Shown in pieces: positions 16,663 to 29,543 of a DNA stretch of 64,000 nt. The number at the start of each line of letters is the position of its first letter. The first letter of the stretch is position 1. A program made the translations under genes and the position numbers. The stretch lies in the NCBI RefSeq assembly GCF_009914755.1, contig NC_060930.1; one strand, 5' to 3'. The notes beneath the pieces are model-generated. The model saw only the letters and a list, made by a program, of their open reading frames with translations. It made no database searches and had not been told where the DNA came from. The stretch is from the human T2T-CHM13v2.0 reference genome, Homo sapiens.

Positions 16663-17274
16663 ACTTTGCTCTACATTGAAAAAGGGACTGTATTATGTCC
16701 CCCAAAAAACACAGATCAGAGAAAGTGGTTTGGCAGAACATGGTATTTCCTCTTTAAGGTTTACATTTTACATATTTAAATATACCTGAAAACTGCCAAT
16801 TATAAACATGACTGTAATTTCCACTTTTCAGTCCATTTTCACAGCATCTAGCTAAGATCTTATTCAGGAAGGTTATTTGATAAGCTTCATTTTTCCCAAG
16901 GTAAAATCAGGAGGCTGCTGATCTCTTCCATTCTTTCTTGTGCAATGGAGGTAGTAAAAGTAATCATAAGAGGGGCTGCAGCACTTTTCTTCTCCCCTAA
17001 AATGTACCTCACCCAAGGAGAATGATCAAATTGGAGGAGATTGTGGCATGATGGACTCTAATATTTTCAGTCATGTATGTACTGCACCCAAAATTTTTGA
17101 GGGAGTAGCCCCAGTATATATGTATTGCCATCATTAGTTAATATCTCAAAGCAACCACTTATTGGAGGCCCATCTTATGAACCTTTATATAAATTGAAAT
17201 AGCAAATAAGTATGATAATTTTAGCTTTTATCTGATGTCTTGTTAATTTAAATTTTTTTTGATATATCTAAATC

Positions 17275-17487
17275 GGCATTTATCAACAATGGTATGCTGC
17301 CATTTTGGGCCATATGATTCTTTGTTATGGGTTCTGTCCTGGGTATTCTAGAATGTTTAGCAGCATTTCTATTCTCTACCCACTTGCTTCCAGTGGTATC
17401 TCTCCAGTCTGAACAATAAAACTCTCTCCAGACATGTTAAACTTCTCTTAAGGTGTAAACTCAACCCCTTGTTGAAACCCACTGGTT
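17275..17487. mobile_element. MER20-like hAT-Charlie DNA transposon
   Basis: attctttgtt...tgtttagcagcat...ctctacccact...ctccagacat...gttgaaacccactg matches the remembered MER20 layout. Confidence 0.65.
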
Positions 17488-17834
17488 TAAAGGAATACAT
17501 TATTTGTAGAATTTGTTTCAGATTTGTCACTTTCAATGTGAAGTTTCTTTGCAGAAATTTTTAAAAGCTTTTGTCAATTTAGAGTGAGTGAATGAGTTAA
17601 CGCAAGATACTATAATCAGTAGATATACCTACCAGACACTGGTAAACTACAGTATTTAATCATGTAAACAAATAGGCGAGGGTGCAATTGTCAATCCCTC
17701 TCACTATAGAGCTCCTATTCTTGTCTCAAAACATAGACTATGTAGTTGTGGATAGCAGAGATTGCTCAACCAAGGTTGGGGGATGGGCATATTTATATGC
17801 CAACTCCTTTAGGCATTATTCAAAGGTTGCTTAT

Positions 17835-19367
17835 GAAAGCTCTGTGACATCAGTCAAGGCAACGATTTTTTTGATATGACCCCAAAAGCACAGGCAGCAA
17901 AAGCAAAAACAGGCAAGTGGGATTATATAAACTAAAAATCTTCTGCAACAGCAAAGAAAACAATCAGCAGTGTGACAAGACAACCAAAGGATTGGGCAAA
18001 CATATTTACAAACCACACATCTGATAAGGGGTTCAAATCCAAATATATCAGGAACTCAAAACAATTCGATAGCAAGAAAACAGTCCTATTAAGAAATAGG
18101 CAAAGGACCTGGATCAACATTTCTCAAAAGAAGACACTCAAATGGCCAACAGATACATGAAAAAAATGTTTAATATCACTAATCATCAGGATAATGCAAA
18201 TTAACATCAGAATGAGATATCACCTTACATGTATTAGAATGGTTATTATCAAAGAAACAAAAGATAACAAGTTTTGGCAAGAATGTGGAGAAAAGAGGAT
18301 GCCTACACATTATTAGTAGGAATGTAAAGTAGTTCAGCCATTATGGAAAACAGCATGGAAGTTCCTCAAAAAGTTAAAAATAGAACTAACATATGATCTA
18401 GCAGTTCTACTACTTGCTATATTTACAAAGGATATGAAATCAATATATTGAAGAGATATTTGCACTCCCACGTTCATTGCAGTAACATAGCCAAAATGTG
18501 GAATCGACTTAAGTGTTTGTTGGTGAATGAATGGATAAAGATAATGTGGTATATATACAAAATTTAGCCTTAAAAATAAGGAAATGTTGTCATTGGTGAC
18601 AACATGAATGAACCTAAAGAACATGATAAAAAATAAAATAAGCCAGACCCATAAAGACAAACACTAAATGATCTCAAAAAGTTGAATCTATAAAAGTTGA
18701 ACTGGTAGAAGCAGAGAGTAGAATGGAGGTTACCAGAGGCTGGGGGATAAGGGAATTGGGGAAATGTTGATCAAGGGTTGCAAAATTTCAGTTAGGAGGA
18801 GTAAGTTTCAGAGATCTATTGTAAATTATGGCAACTATAGATAATAATAATATACAGTTGGCCCTCTGTAGCTGTGGGTTTTGCGTTGATGGATTCAACC
18901 AATCTCAAATTGAAAATATTTTTAAGAGCTACAAACGATAGCAATAAAACAGTAAAAAATTTATACAAATTAAAAAATACAGTGTAACAGTTATTTATGT
19001 AACATTTACATTGTAATAGGTATTGTAAGTAATTTAGAGATGATTTAAATTATACAAGAGGATATACAGCAGGTTATATGCAGATATTTTGCTATTTAAC
19101 ATAAGAGACTTGAGTACCTGCTGATTTGGGTATCTGTAGGGGGTCCTGGAACCAATCCTCCATGGATAACGAGAGACAACTGTATACTTGAAAATTGTTA
19201 GAAGAGTAAATTTTAGTGTTCTCACCAAAAAAAAAGATAAGCATGTGCCCTACTGTATATTTTAATCAGCTTGATTTAGCCTTTCCACAATGTACACATA
19301 CAAACTACAAAGCATCAAATTGTATGCCATAAATTATGCAATTTTAATTTTCAATTAAAAATAAAAT
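17835..19367 (+). mobile_element. L1MA-type 3' fragment (ORF2 C-terminus and 3'UTR), interrupted by a Tigger MITE
   Basis: ORF 17972..18160 (RQPKDWANIFTNHTSDKG) is L1 ORF2-like; L1MA-style 3'UTR gcagagagtagaatggaggttaccagaggctggg. Confidence 0.85.
18855..19182. mobile_element. Tigger3/MER2-group TcMar MITE nested in L1MA
   Basis: TIRs CAGTTGGCCCTC... and ...GAGAGACAACTG, flanked by TA on both sides; about 330 bp. Confidence 0.85.
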
Positions 19368-20044
19368 CAAGTTTGATTCTGGGTTGGGGGAGGGTTTTAA
19401 TTCCTCAACATATCTGGCTTGTTATTCTGGGAGTAGGGGAGGGAGAAGGAGGAGTGGGCTTTGGCCAATAAATACTTCACATAGCTGTAGTTCTAACTAG
19501 CTTGTACTAAAGTGGTAAGAATGTTGAGAATATGAGTGGGGTGACAATGGTGTCTGCTACTGTCCTGCTAATGGACTGAAGGAACTGGCTGAGAGGGAGG
19601 TTGATGATGTGTGGGACCTAAGGGGTAGGGGAAGAAAGAGATAAATGGTGTCAGACTGAAAATCATAGATGGAAGAATTATCTGGAAACCCTGGTACCTT
19701 ATCTTCAGAGTCTGGAAGGAAGAAAGGAAGATGGTTGCAAGTGTAGATAGGTTTATGGTTTTTATGACAGGAAGGTGTGGGATTAACATTTGCTGTTTTT
19801 GTTTTCTTAGTAACCTGTGGGAGAGGGTCATCTCTAGAAAATGAGAGAGTGAGTTAGGAAGGCAAAGAGCTTTGTAGTAGTCACTAAGGGAAAGAAGAGA
19901 CAAATTAAAGAAATATGAGCAGCATTTAAGAGCTCTGCTAAGATAAATAACCCAAAATTTATGGTGTCACCAATTTTATGGTCTAGTAGATCATCTCCAG
20001 CAGCCCTCAGTAGAGAAGGTAGAGGGGAAAAATGCAAATTGCAG

Positions 20045-20540
20045 GATTTATTTGTTTATTGAATAAATATTTATTGAGCATCTACTATGTGTTAGGCACT
20101 GTCTTAGGAGCTTGAGATAAAACCAAGACAGAATAGACAAAATTATCTGATCTTGTAGATCTTACATTTTGGAGGGGAAATGCAGAAAATACAGCCAATG
20201 AATAAAATTGTAGTATACTGTGATAAGTACAGAGAAAGCGAGAGAGGATGCTGAGACGGAAGACGGTTTGTCATTTTGGACAGGGTGTGTGGGAAAGACC
20301 TCTCTGAGAGGCCGAAAGAGATACAGCTATTCGGTTATCTGGGAAAACATGATTCAGGCAGAGGAAAGAGCAAGTGCAAAGGCGCTAAGACAGAAGTGTC
20401 CGTGGTATGTTTGAGGAATGGGCAAGAAACCCAGTGTAAGGACGGGACCAATGTGTGCAAGGTGTAAAATGATATAAATTAAGTTCAGAGAGAGAAAGTT
20501 GGAGGTCCACCTTGGATATGATCTTGTGGCCCATAGCTGT
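20045..20540 (-). mobile_element. L2 3' fragment
   Basis: ttgaataaatatttattgagcatctactatgtgttaggcactgt is the reverse of the L2 3' end. Confidence 0.65.
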
Positions 20541-22210
20541 TAAACTGATTCATGTTGGAAGTCTGAGGGAATATGAGGTATGAGGACTAGAGGTGGGAAT
20601 GTTGAGAATGTCAGTGAAAGTCAATTTCAAATGATCATTGAGAAGGGAAGGAAGTGAATCCAAAAGTGGGCAGGTAAATTGGGAGCATTGTGAAGAATGG
20701 GAAGAGAACCAAGAAAGAATGAAAGCATAGAAAGCAAGGGAGGAAGAGTTTCTAGGTAGTGGGTATGCTTATTAATGAAAATTAACATTTATTTAGCATG
20801 TGTGATGTGCTAAGTACTTTGTGTTATTATCGCATTTAAATTTCCCACCCATCTGATGTAGTAATAAATATTAATATCCAAATGTGCAGATGAGCAAATT
20901 GAAGCATAGAGTAAGCCACATACCCAAAGACATGCTGCTAGTCAGTGGCAGAACTAGGATATGAATTCTATTAGTCTAACTTTTATGCTCCCTTCCTCTC
21001 TTTTCCCTGTAGTTTTGCTGAGGTATAATTGACAAATAAAAATTGTATATATTTAAAATGTACAAATTGATGTTTTGATATGCATATACATTGTAAAATA
21101 ATCACCCCAATCTAGCTCATGGGCATCTCCATCACCTCACATAGTTTCCATTTTCTTCTTTCTCTCTCTCTTTTCCCTCCTTCCTTCTCTCTTTCATCCT
21201 TTTTTTCTTTCTTTTTTTGGTGAGCACACTTAACATCTACTCTCTTTGAATGCTGCATAAGACACCTGTATGACAAGGATAAATGCAGATCCATGGGGGA
21301 GTGGCTGGTAGGAGGTCATTGGTGAAAGCAGGTGGGAATGGAGGCAGTACTTTGCAGTAATTTAGTGATTCAGTAGATGGCAAGGAAGTGGAGGCAGCAG
21401 GTGTTGGATTGAAGAGACAGGGGCATTATGGATAGTGACATCAAGATTATGTAGACTTTTTTTTTTTTTTTTTTAAAAAAGAGAGACTCACATTGGTTTA
21501 AAGCCTGAGAGGAAGGTGCCAGAAGAAAACGACACAATGAAGACAAAAGTGTGAGTTGAATAAAATAAACAGCAAGGTCAAGGAACAAGTTTGTAGGGTT
21601 GGAGTTATGAAATAGTCTGGGAAAGGAATACCCCATTTCATAGACAAATAACTGAGGACCAGAGAAGTAAATGGTGAACCCAAGGTTATAGAACCAATTA
21701 AACAGTAGCTCAGGGACCAGAGTCCGGGTTTTCTGATTGCCAGGACAGGTGCTTTCCACTAGTCCACCCAGCAACTCTTGCTGAATCATCCTCTGCTGGT
21801 TACTTATCCCCAATCCAAAGGAAGTTGTTGTAGTTAATGAGTAAATACAGTGTAGCCAAAAACCAGTGAAAACACACAGCTCTATAAAAACACAATGACA
21901 CCTTGTCCTTCCAGTTTCCTTCACAACACCCTCCCCCCATAGTTCATTCACACCGAGTACTGACTTTTCTTGACTATAAGCTGCCTTCAAGATACTGAAG
22001 GTTCCCAGTGTTTGTGCTAAGCAGGGACTCAGGTGGAGAGAACTAAGGTCACCCTCAGGGAATTTCTTGCTGAATTAGGTTCCACTAAGCCTTGAAATCA
22101 AAACGCTTCTGGTAGGTAAATGGAGTACAGATGGGAAATCAAACCAGTGTGTGACTGGGCATGATTTAGAGCAACTGTTATTGATATGACAGATCCTAGC
22201 AGGCAACCTC

Positions 22211-22244
22211 ATGAGAGCCTGGATGTTCGTTTCAATGCAGGCAG
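22211..22244 (+). CDS. TINAG: Putative alternative first coding exon of TINAG (MRAWMFVSMQA)
   Basis: ATG at 22211 and donor CAG|gtgaaa after 22244 (phase 1) match a strong cryptic acceptor ttctcttatcttactacag| at 22741/22742 inside exon 1, in frame. Inferred from splice signals only. Confidence 0.5.
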
Positions 22245-22531
22245 GTGAAACGAATAATTGCATTTTTGACTTTTGAATTTCCTGCACCTTGCCAGTGGTT
22301 ATTACAGCCATAATCTGGGCCATGTATATTCTAAGGAGGCTTTCGATTTAAGAACCTAGATTTTTTGAGAGGCATGCAATAGTCAATGTATCTCTATGCA
22401 TAAGATTTTATGTAGATATTTTGATGATGCAAAATTTCTACACTATATGAAATATAAGTTTTTTAACTTTGGGGGAATAACAATAGTTTATTTCTAACAT
22501 ACATTATCTTGGTCAAACATTGAAATTCTTG

Positions 22532-22544
22532 ATTAATGTTTAAC
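22532..22544. promoter_or_regulatory. Candidate HNF1A/HNF1B site in TINAG proximal promoter
   Basis: ATTAATGTTTAAC (reverse GTTAAACATTAAT) vs consensus GTTAATNATTAAY, about 150 bp upstream of the ATG. Confidence 0.6.
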
Positions 22545-22695
22545 TATGAGAAGTATACTCATTCAAGTAAAGGATCAGTTTCAGGGTTCAGGCTGAAGTG
22601 TCTTAATGACTAGAATTCAGGTTCCAAGGAGAAGCCCACAAGGCTAAGGGTATTGGATATAACGGAAAGTGGAAGCTATACCTGACTTCCAGAGA

Positions 22696-23050
22696 ATGTG
22701 GACCGGATATAAGATCTTAATCTTCTCTTATCTTACTACAGAAATCTGGATGGAGAAGCAGTATTTATCTCAAAGAGAAGTGGACCTAGAGGCTTATTTC
22801 ACTAGGAATCACACCGTTTTGCAAGGTACTCGATTCAAAAGAGCCATTTTCCAAGGGCAATACTGTAGAAATTTTGGCTGTTGTGAAGACAGAGATGATG
22901 GCTGTGTCACTGAGTTCTATGCGGCGAATGCGTTGTGCTACTGTGATAAATTCTGTGACAGAGAAAATTCTGATTGCTGTCCTGACTACAAGTCCTTTTG
23001 CCGTGAAGAGAAAGAATGGCCTCCTCACACACAGCCTTGGTATCCAGAAG
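22696..23050 (+). CDS. TINAG: TINAG coding exon 1: signal peptide, N38 sequon (NHT), furin site RFKR (22831-22842), somatomedin-B-like domain
   Basis: ATG at 22696 within ORF 22669..23157; Cys pattern CC..C..CYCDKFCD..DCCPDY..C; donor GAAG|gtaggc after 23050, phase 1. Confidence 0.96.
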
Positions 23051-23963
23051 GTAGGCTTTGGGAATGTGTTTCAACATCATCCTCGTTCATAACAACAAGA
23101 TCTGACAAACGTTCTCTCTTTTTCTTCTTTCTTTTTTTCCTTCTTTCAATGAAATGAAAATGATTATTGTGATTGAGAAAATACATTTCTTTGGATTGTT
23201 AAAGTGCTTTGGTTTGGATGTGGGGTTCCTGTGTAATACAAGCACCTTCAGGAAAGTTCTGATCTGACAGTCCTGCGTGCTGATCGGAATCCTGATCAGT
23301 GAGTTTTGAACACTCACTCAACTTGTATAAGGATTACTTTAAACTCTTTCTTCTGTTCTCTCTCTCTCTTCTTTTTATTGACATCAGGTTTCTCAAGCCT
23401 TTTTGTGTGCAGCCTCTTAGAGAGTCTCAAGAAAGTCGCAAGATTTCCTATCCGTAGATTTTAGTTGTTATTTCAAAGGGCTAATGGATGCACTAGCATT
23501 AGAAACTGTGGTATTAGTAATGCTATTAAAACCAGGACAAAATAAGATAAAGTCAGTCACCCGCTCTGCCTAAGTAATACCAAATGTATTCTTCACGTGT
23601 ATTTTTGTTTTGCTTCATTTGTTTTTCCAGTCTGGGACTTTTACAATTATTAAAAAGAAAGGAAGGCTTCATATAGACTGGTTGAAAAAGTCTAAGGTTA
23701 AATGGATAAATACAATATAAAGAGGATGATGGTATTTATTATATTTATCTAATTGGAGGAGAATGACTATGGATTTTGAGCATAGATGAGGCTTTATTTT
23801 TCTGTCTCTCATTGTATTAAATCTCCTCAACAGAACTTCAGGGTTAATCAGACTTCTCTGTCACACTACCATAAATGGGTGATGGTGACTAGAAATCCCA
23901 GTTAGAAGACATTTTAGGGTAAACTAGGGGCTTGGAATCCTTATTTCAAAATCCAGATGTCAT

Positions 23964-24002
23964 TTAAAGAGTCAGAGCAAGACTGTGTCAAAAAAAAAAA
24001 AA
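23964..24002 (+). mobile_element. Extremely 5'-truncated Alu insertion (about 40 bp) with TSD
   Basis: cagagcaagactgtgtc plus A-tail, between aaaatccagatg(t/c)cat copies at 23948-23963 and 24003-24018. Confidence 0.75.
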
Positions 24003-24149
24003 AAAATCCAGATGCCATAGCCATCATTCTCAATAATGTCATCTTGTTTGTAAAATTGAGGAAATGTCTCTTTATGTGTCTACATACGTATTATTTTAAA
24101 TTTTCCACATAATTGTTATTTATCCTCGGTCTTTACATTTTACCAATAA

Positions 24150-24538
<389 letters not shown>

Positions 24539-25185
24539 CTTTCCTTCCTTTCTTCCTTCCTCTGTTTTGTTTTTCTTTCCTTCCTTCCTTCTTTCTCTCT
24601 TTCTGTCTCTCTCTCCCTCCTTTCTCCCTCCCTCTCTTTCTTTCTTTTCTTTCTTTCTCTTTCTTTCTTTTCTTTCTTTCTCTCTCTGTCTCTCTCCCCT
24701 TCCTTCCTCCTTCCCTCCCTCTCTCTTTCTTCTCTTCTTTCTTTCTTTTCTTTCTCTCTCTCTGTCTCTCTCCCCTTCCTTCCTTCCTCCCTCTCTTTCT
24801 TTCTCTTTCTTTTTCTCTCTTTCTCTCCCTCTTTCTTTCTTCTTTTTTCTCTCTCTCTTTCTCTCCCTCTTTCTTTTTTCTCTCTTTCTCTCCCTCTTCT
24901 CTTTCTTTTTTCTCTCTCTTTCTCTCCCTTTCTTTCTCTTTCTTTTTTCTCTCTCTCTTTCTCTCCCTCTTTCTTTCTCTTTCTTTTTTCTCTCTCTCTT
25001 TCTCTCGCTCTTTCTTTCTCTTTCTTTTTTTCTCTCTCTATTTCTCTCCCTCTTTCTCTTTCTTTTTCTCTCTCCCACTTTCCCTCTTTCTTTCTTTTTT
25101 TCTCTCTCTTTCTCTTCTTTCCTTTCTCTCCCTCTCCTTCTCCCTCTCCCTTTCCTTTCTATTCCTTTCCTTTCCTTTCATTTTT
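24539..25185. repeat. About 640-bp polypyrimidine/polypurine (CT-rich) low-complexity tract
   Basis: Almost only C and T on the + strand, built from CTTT/CT/CCTT units. Confidence 0.95.
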
Positions 25186-26200
25186 ATGAGCCATTCCCAT
25201 CTTTCTCCAATGGTAACCTCCTTTTAAAACATTTTTATATACCCTTTAACAGCATGTGGTCTTGTTTTGTGTGCTTGAATTATTAATTTATATAGACCAT
25301 ATTATGCTACAGACCTCATTCTGTTTCTTGATTTTCTCAGACAGCAACATGTTTTAAGACTCTCTCCATGTCTCCGTGGACTAGTATGACTAGTCTGTGG
25401 CTTCTGACTGATGCTTCATTCTCTGTGATGTCCCTTCATCTCATCTAACTCCCTGTTCCCTCCATGGTGGGTGGACACCTAAGTTGTCTACAGCTCTTTG
25501 CTATCATAAAGAAGTCCATGATGGACAGCCTCATGCATGCCTTCTTACTGACTTGCATGATATGGCAAGACTTGAATTGCTGGGTCCCAGGTATGCATTT
25601 AATCTAAGTCTTGCCAGATGGCTCTCAGAAGTAGCTGCATTAGTTTATGTTCCCCTAGTACTATACGGGGACACGTCTCTAACAATTAGTATTATCCAGA
25701 GAGGTAACCTTTACTTATATAATCAGTAAAACGTGATTTCTCATTGTCATTTTAATTTGCATTTCTCTAATTTCTAGTGGGTTTGAGCTTCTCTTCATAT
25801 GCTCATTAATGATTGGCTTTCTTCTTCCTGTGACTTACTTTTTCCTATCCACAGCCTTGTAATGCAACTTAATATCTGGTACAGCAAGTCAGCTTATTCA
25901 CCCCCCTTTTTTGAAGATGACTTAGGTCATGTAGACATTAATCTTCCATAAACAGTTTTTGAATAAGTTTTTTTAGTTCCTCAAAAAACTTCAGCTAGAA
26001 TTTTGAATAGAATTGCATAAAATTTATAGACTTATTTGAAGATAGCTGAACTCTGTAATGTGATGACATCTCATCAAAGAGTATAGGATATTTCTCCACT
26101 TACTCTGATTTTTAAAAATATCCTTAAATAGATTTAACACTTTACTCCATAGTGGCCTTATAATACTCTTGTTTATTCCTGGATATTTATTTTGTATTGC

Positions 26201-26453
26201 TTTTTTTTTGTTTGTTTTTTGTTTTTTGTTTTTGACAGGGTCTTGCTCTGTCACCCAGGCTGAAGTACAGTGGCGCCATCATGGCTCACTGCAGCCTCGA
26301 CCTTCCCCGGGCTCAAGTGATTCTCCCACTTTAAACTTCCAAGTAGCTGGGACTACAGGTGCCTACCACCATGCCTGGCTATTTTTTTGCATTTTTAGTA
26401 GAGATGGGGTTTTTCCTTGTTTCCCAGGCTGTTTCAAACTTCAGAGCTCAAGC
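26201..26453 (-). mobile_element. AluJ, 5'-truncated
   Basis: T-rich tail then gacagggtcttgctctgtcacccaggctg; ends within the left monomer. Confidence 0.85.
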
Positions 26454-27243
26454 ACTGTATTATATATTTTTAAAATATATTTTATAGTTGGTTGGCTGTT
26501 GTTATGAATAAATGCTATTTATTCATGAGAGCTCATATCCTACTGGCAATTTTTCTCAATTCTGTTATTAGAAACAAAAATGTATTTATTTATCACAGTA
26601 AAGCTGTCTACACCAGAACTCCAAAGTAAACATCATACATAATGGAGAAATGTAGATAAGTTCCCTTTAAGACTAGTAATAAAACATGGGTTTCTACCGT
26701 TTTTGCTACATTTAACAGGGAGATATTTGTTATGCTTTAAGAGAAAAAATGAAGTAAAACAATATGAAGAGAATAAAGTAAAACTCTTATTATTTGTAGA
26801 TAATGTGGCAATCTACATAGAAAAAAATAAAGCCAACAGAAAATAGCATTAATATGAATCAGAAATATTTAAAAACCAGGATTTTTTATTTAAAAATCCA
26901 GATGTTTAGCTACTCTTGAAAAATTGAAAAATCTGACAATTCTGCGTGCAGGGTCTTGCATGAGATTTTCATTAGTGAGAGAGATGAGTGGTGGATGCCA
27001 CCTTTTGGTAACATGTATTTTCCATTTTCCCATATCCCTTACCCCTTGCTATTTTCTCTCTGACCCACTTCTCTCATCTCTGCCGGGGTCAGTATGTCTG
27101 TAGTTTCTGTAAGTGGAACTCCTCATTTTTGCTCCATATACAACTTGCACAGCTGTACATGCACCCTTGGGCCATTACTATTGCAGGTATTTTGGGATTG
27201 AAAGAAGGTAATTTCTTTGAAAATGGAAGGTGTATTTTCATCG

Positions 27244-27330
27244 AAAAATAGAAAATACATGTTTAAAAATAGAAAATACATGTTTAATAGAAAATACACG
27301 TTTAAAAGTAGCATCTTAAACATGTATTTT
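27244..27330. repeat. 21-bp tandem repeat (about 3 copies) plus an inverted partial copy
   Basis: aaaaatagaaaatacatgttt x about 3, then aaacatgtatttt at 27318-27330. Confidence 0.85.
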
Positions 27331-29543
27331 TTTGAACTTCTCTATTTTGTCATGTTGGTATGATCCTTAAAATAATAGGTGAAGTTAATATGTATTAGTA
27401 ACATGATGAGAATACATAAGGCATCATAAGGAGCCCTGTGCCCAGGATTAGTTAGGGATCGTATTCCTGTTATTTAAATATAGTTTCTAATAGTGACAAG
27501 ATTGGGCAGACAAGGGAAATTCACCCCTCACAGAACCTGCACATAGTACATATTTACTTAACAGACCCTTCTGTAATACCCTGAGTAGCATGTTTTCTCT
27601 TGTCTTACTGAACATACTCTTCCTCCTCCTTACAAGCTAAGATTTGTTGAATACTTACTATGGAGCCAACAACTGTTCTAAGCACTTTTCAGGTATTAAC
27701 TCATTCATTATTTAATTCTATGTTGTTTAATAGAATATTACTTTATTTTAATTATACAGCAGCTTCTTAAGAGTAAACACGGTGATTTACTTATCATGTA
27801 CTAATTATGGTGCCATGAAGTGGGAGGCCTAGTAAATATTGTTTGAATTTGGATTAATTGATATTTAGAGGATTTAAATTTTATTTCAAATTTTGTATTT
27901 GTTAAATTAAATAATAATTTACTCATATGATTTAAAATAATAAAATATTTTCATAAGCATACTTTTTCATACATAGTTTTAAAAGATATTTAGAAAATAT
28001 CAAAGTATTGTTGTTTATAGTTTAAATGTGCAATTTCTATATTATTTTGGATGTTGGAATATCAACAGGAGTAATCGATAGTATTTAAAACTTTTTATAT
28101 ATCCATGATTGTGGTAAGCATTGAGGGTCATAAGAAAAGGGTATTATAAAGTCCCAGGCCTCGAGAAACTTAGGATCTACGTGGGTAAGGAGACTTAGGT
28201 ATGCGAAACAATTAAGAAGCCTCGTGTGACTTGTATGCCACATGTGGACAAGAGTATCACCCAGGAAAGTTGAGTATATTAAAATGGTTAAATGTTTATT
28301 TGATAAAAACTATGTACCATATAAGAACATGTCAGATTGGTGACAACCCTAACTAAAATACGTATTTTTAACACATAAGATATTTTGCCTGGATTCACTT
28401 TGTCATTAGCCACGAGGCTCCATGCAGCCTTCTGCTTCACCATTCTTAGAAAATGGCCCTTGTAGTCATGAGCTGCTTTGGCTCTTCATGATCCAAAAGT
28501 GATATTTGAGTCCCATTTAAAATAAATGGAAAAGAAGGTTAGAGTTTCCACATTTTGAGAAGACATTCTAAAGCACAGATGAGCACCTCTGTTTTATTTC
28601 TTTGGCCAGAATATAGTCACATGGACATACCAACCATCAAAGAGAGGTTTTTCTTAGCTGTGTGGTAATGTGTCTAGCTATGAATGGGGTTCTGTTACAA
28701 AAAAAAAGAGTAGAGAATGATATTGGGAATAACCAGCAATCTCTGCCAAAAATTAAGAATGCGGAATCACCTAAAAACACAGTGGCTATTTGGATGTCTG
28801 CCTTTTGATTAGTTATTATATCAATTTAATATTTTTTTGAGTCTCAGTTTAAAAGTATGAGTTGTAATTTTTTAATGTGCTGAAATGTACTTGAGATTTT
28901 CTTATTTGAGGCATACAGTGCATACAAAAAAAGTAGTTGCTACTTCTTCAATATCCATTTTTGCTTGAGAGGTAGAATTTTGCTAAGACTTTAATTTAGG
29001 GTCATAGTTTATGTAGAATTTATGTTCCAGGTATAGTTTTTACTCCATTCACTATGAAAGGAAGGAATTAATCATTTTACTTTGTAGCAAAAAGTTCACA
29101 TTAGACTATAAATGCTCCCATACAGATAATTTTTTTTCTTTTGTTTTATCTTGCTTTTGAAAGCAGCTACTTGAAAATAGTACTACACAATATTGAAAAA
29201 ATGTGCAAAATTAATTAAGATAAAAATACAATGTATATTATTTATGCTATTGGTTGCATGCATAAAGCAACTTTCCTCTGAGATTCTATGATCACTCACT
29301 GATCTATTAAATATATTTTTCAGAGATTTAGTTACATGGGTATTGTTCAGTTCCTCTTATTGTGCCTGTTCTAAGAGCTCTTTAAATCAAGGATTTAAAA
29401 CTATGTACATTATCTTCAGGATTAAAAAAGTAAATATATCCATTTTGTACAAACTGGAAGTAAAGCATATTGGTAAATATCTTCTTCCTGTATTTTCTTT
29501 GCCATATCTGATGGTAACTTCCAGTAAAGGATTTCAAATGTCA

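Noticed and set aside
21370-21990. 206-aa minus-strand ORF upstream of TINAG
   Set aside because: No true ATG start, runs through a poly(T) tract and MIR-like sequence, and has no recognisable domain.
22669-22695. ORF-track start (MEAIPDFQR) as the TINAG N-terminus
   Set aside because: It begins at GTG; the first in-frame ATG after the upstream stop is 22696 and gives the recognised N-terminus.
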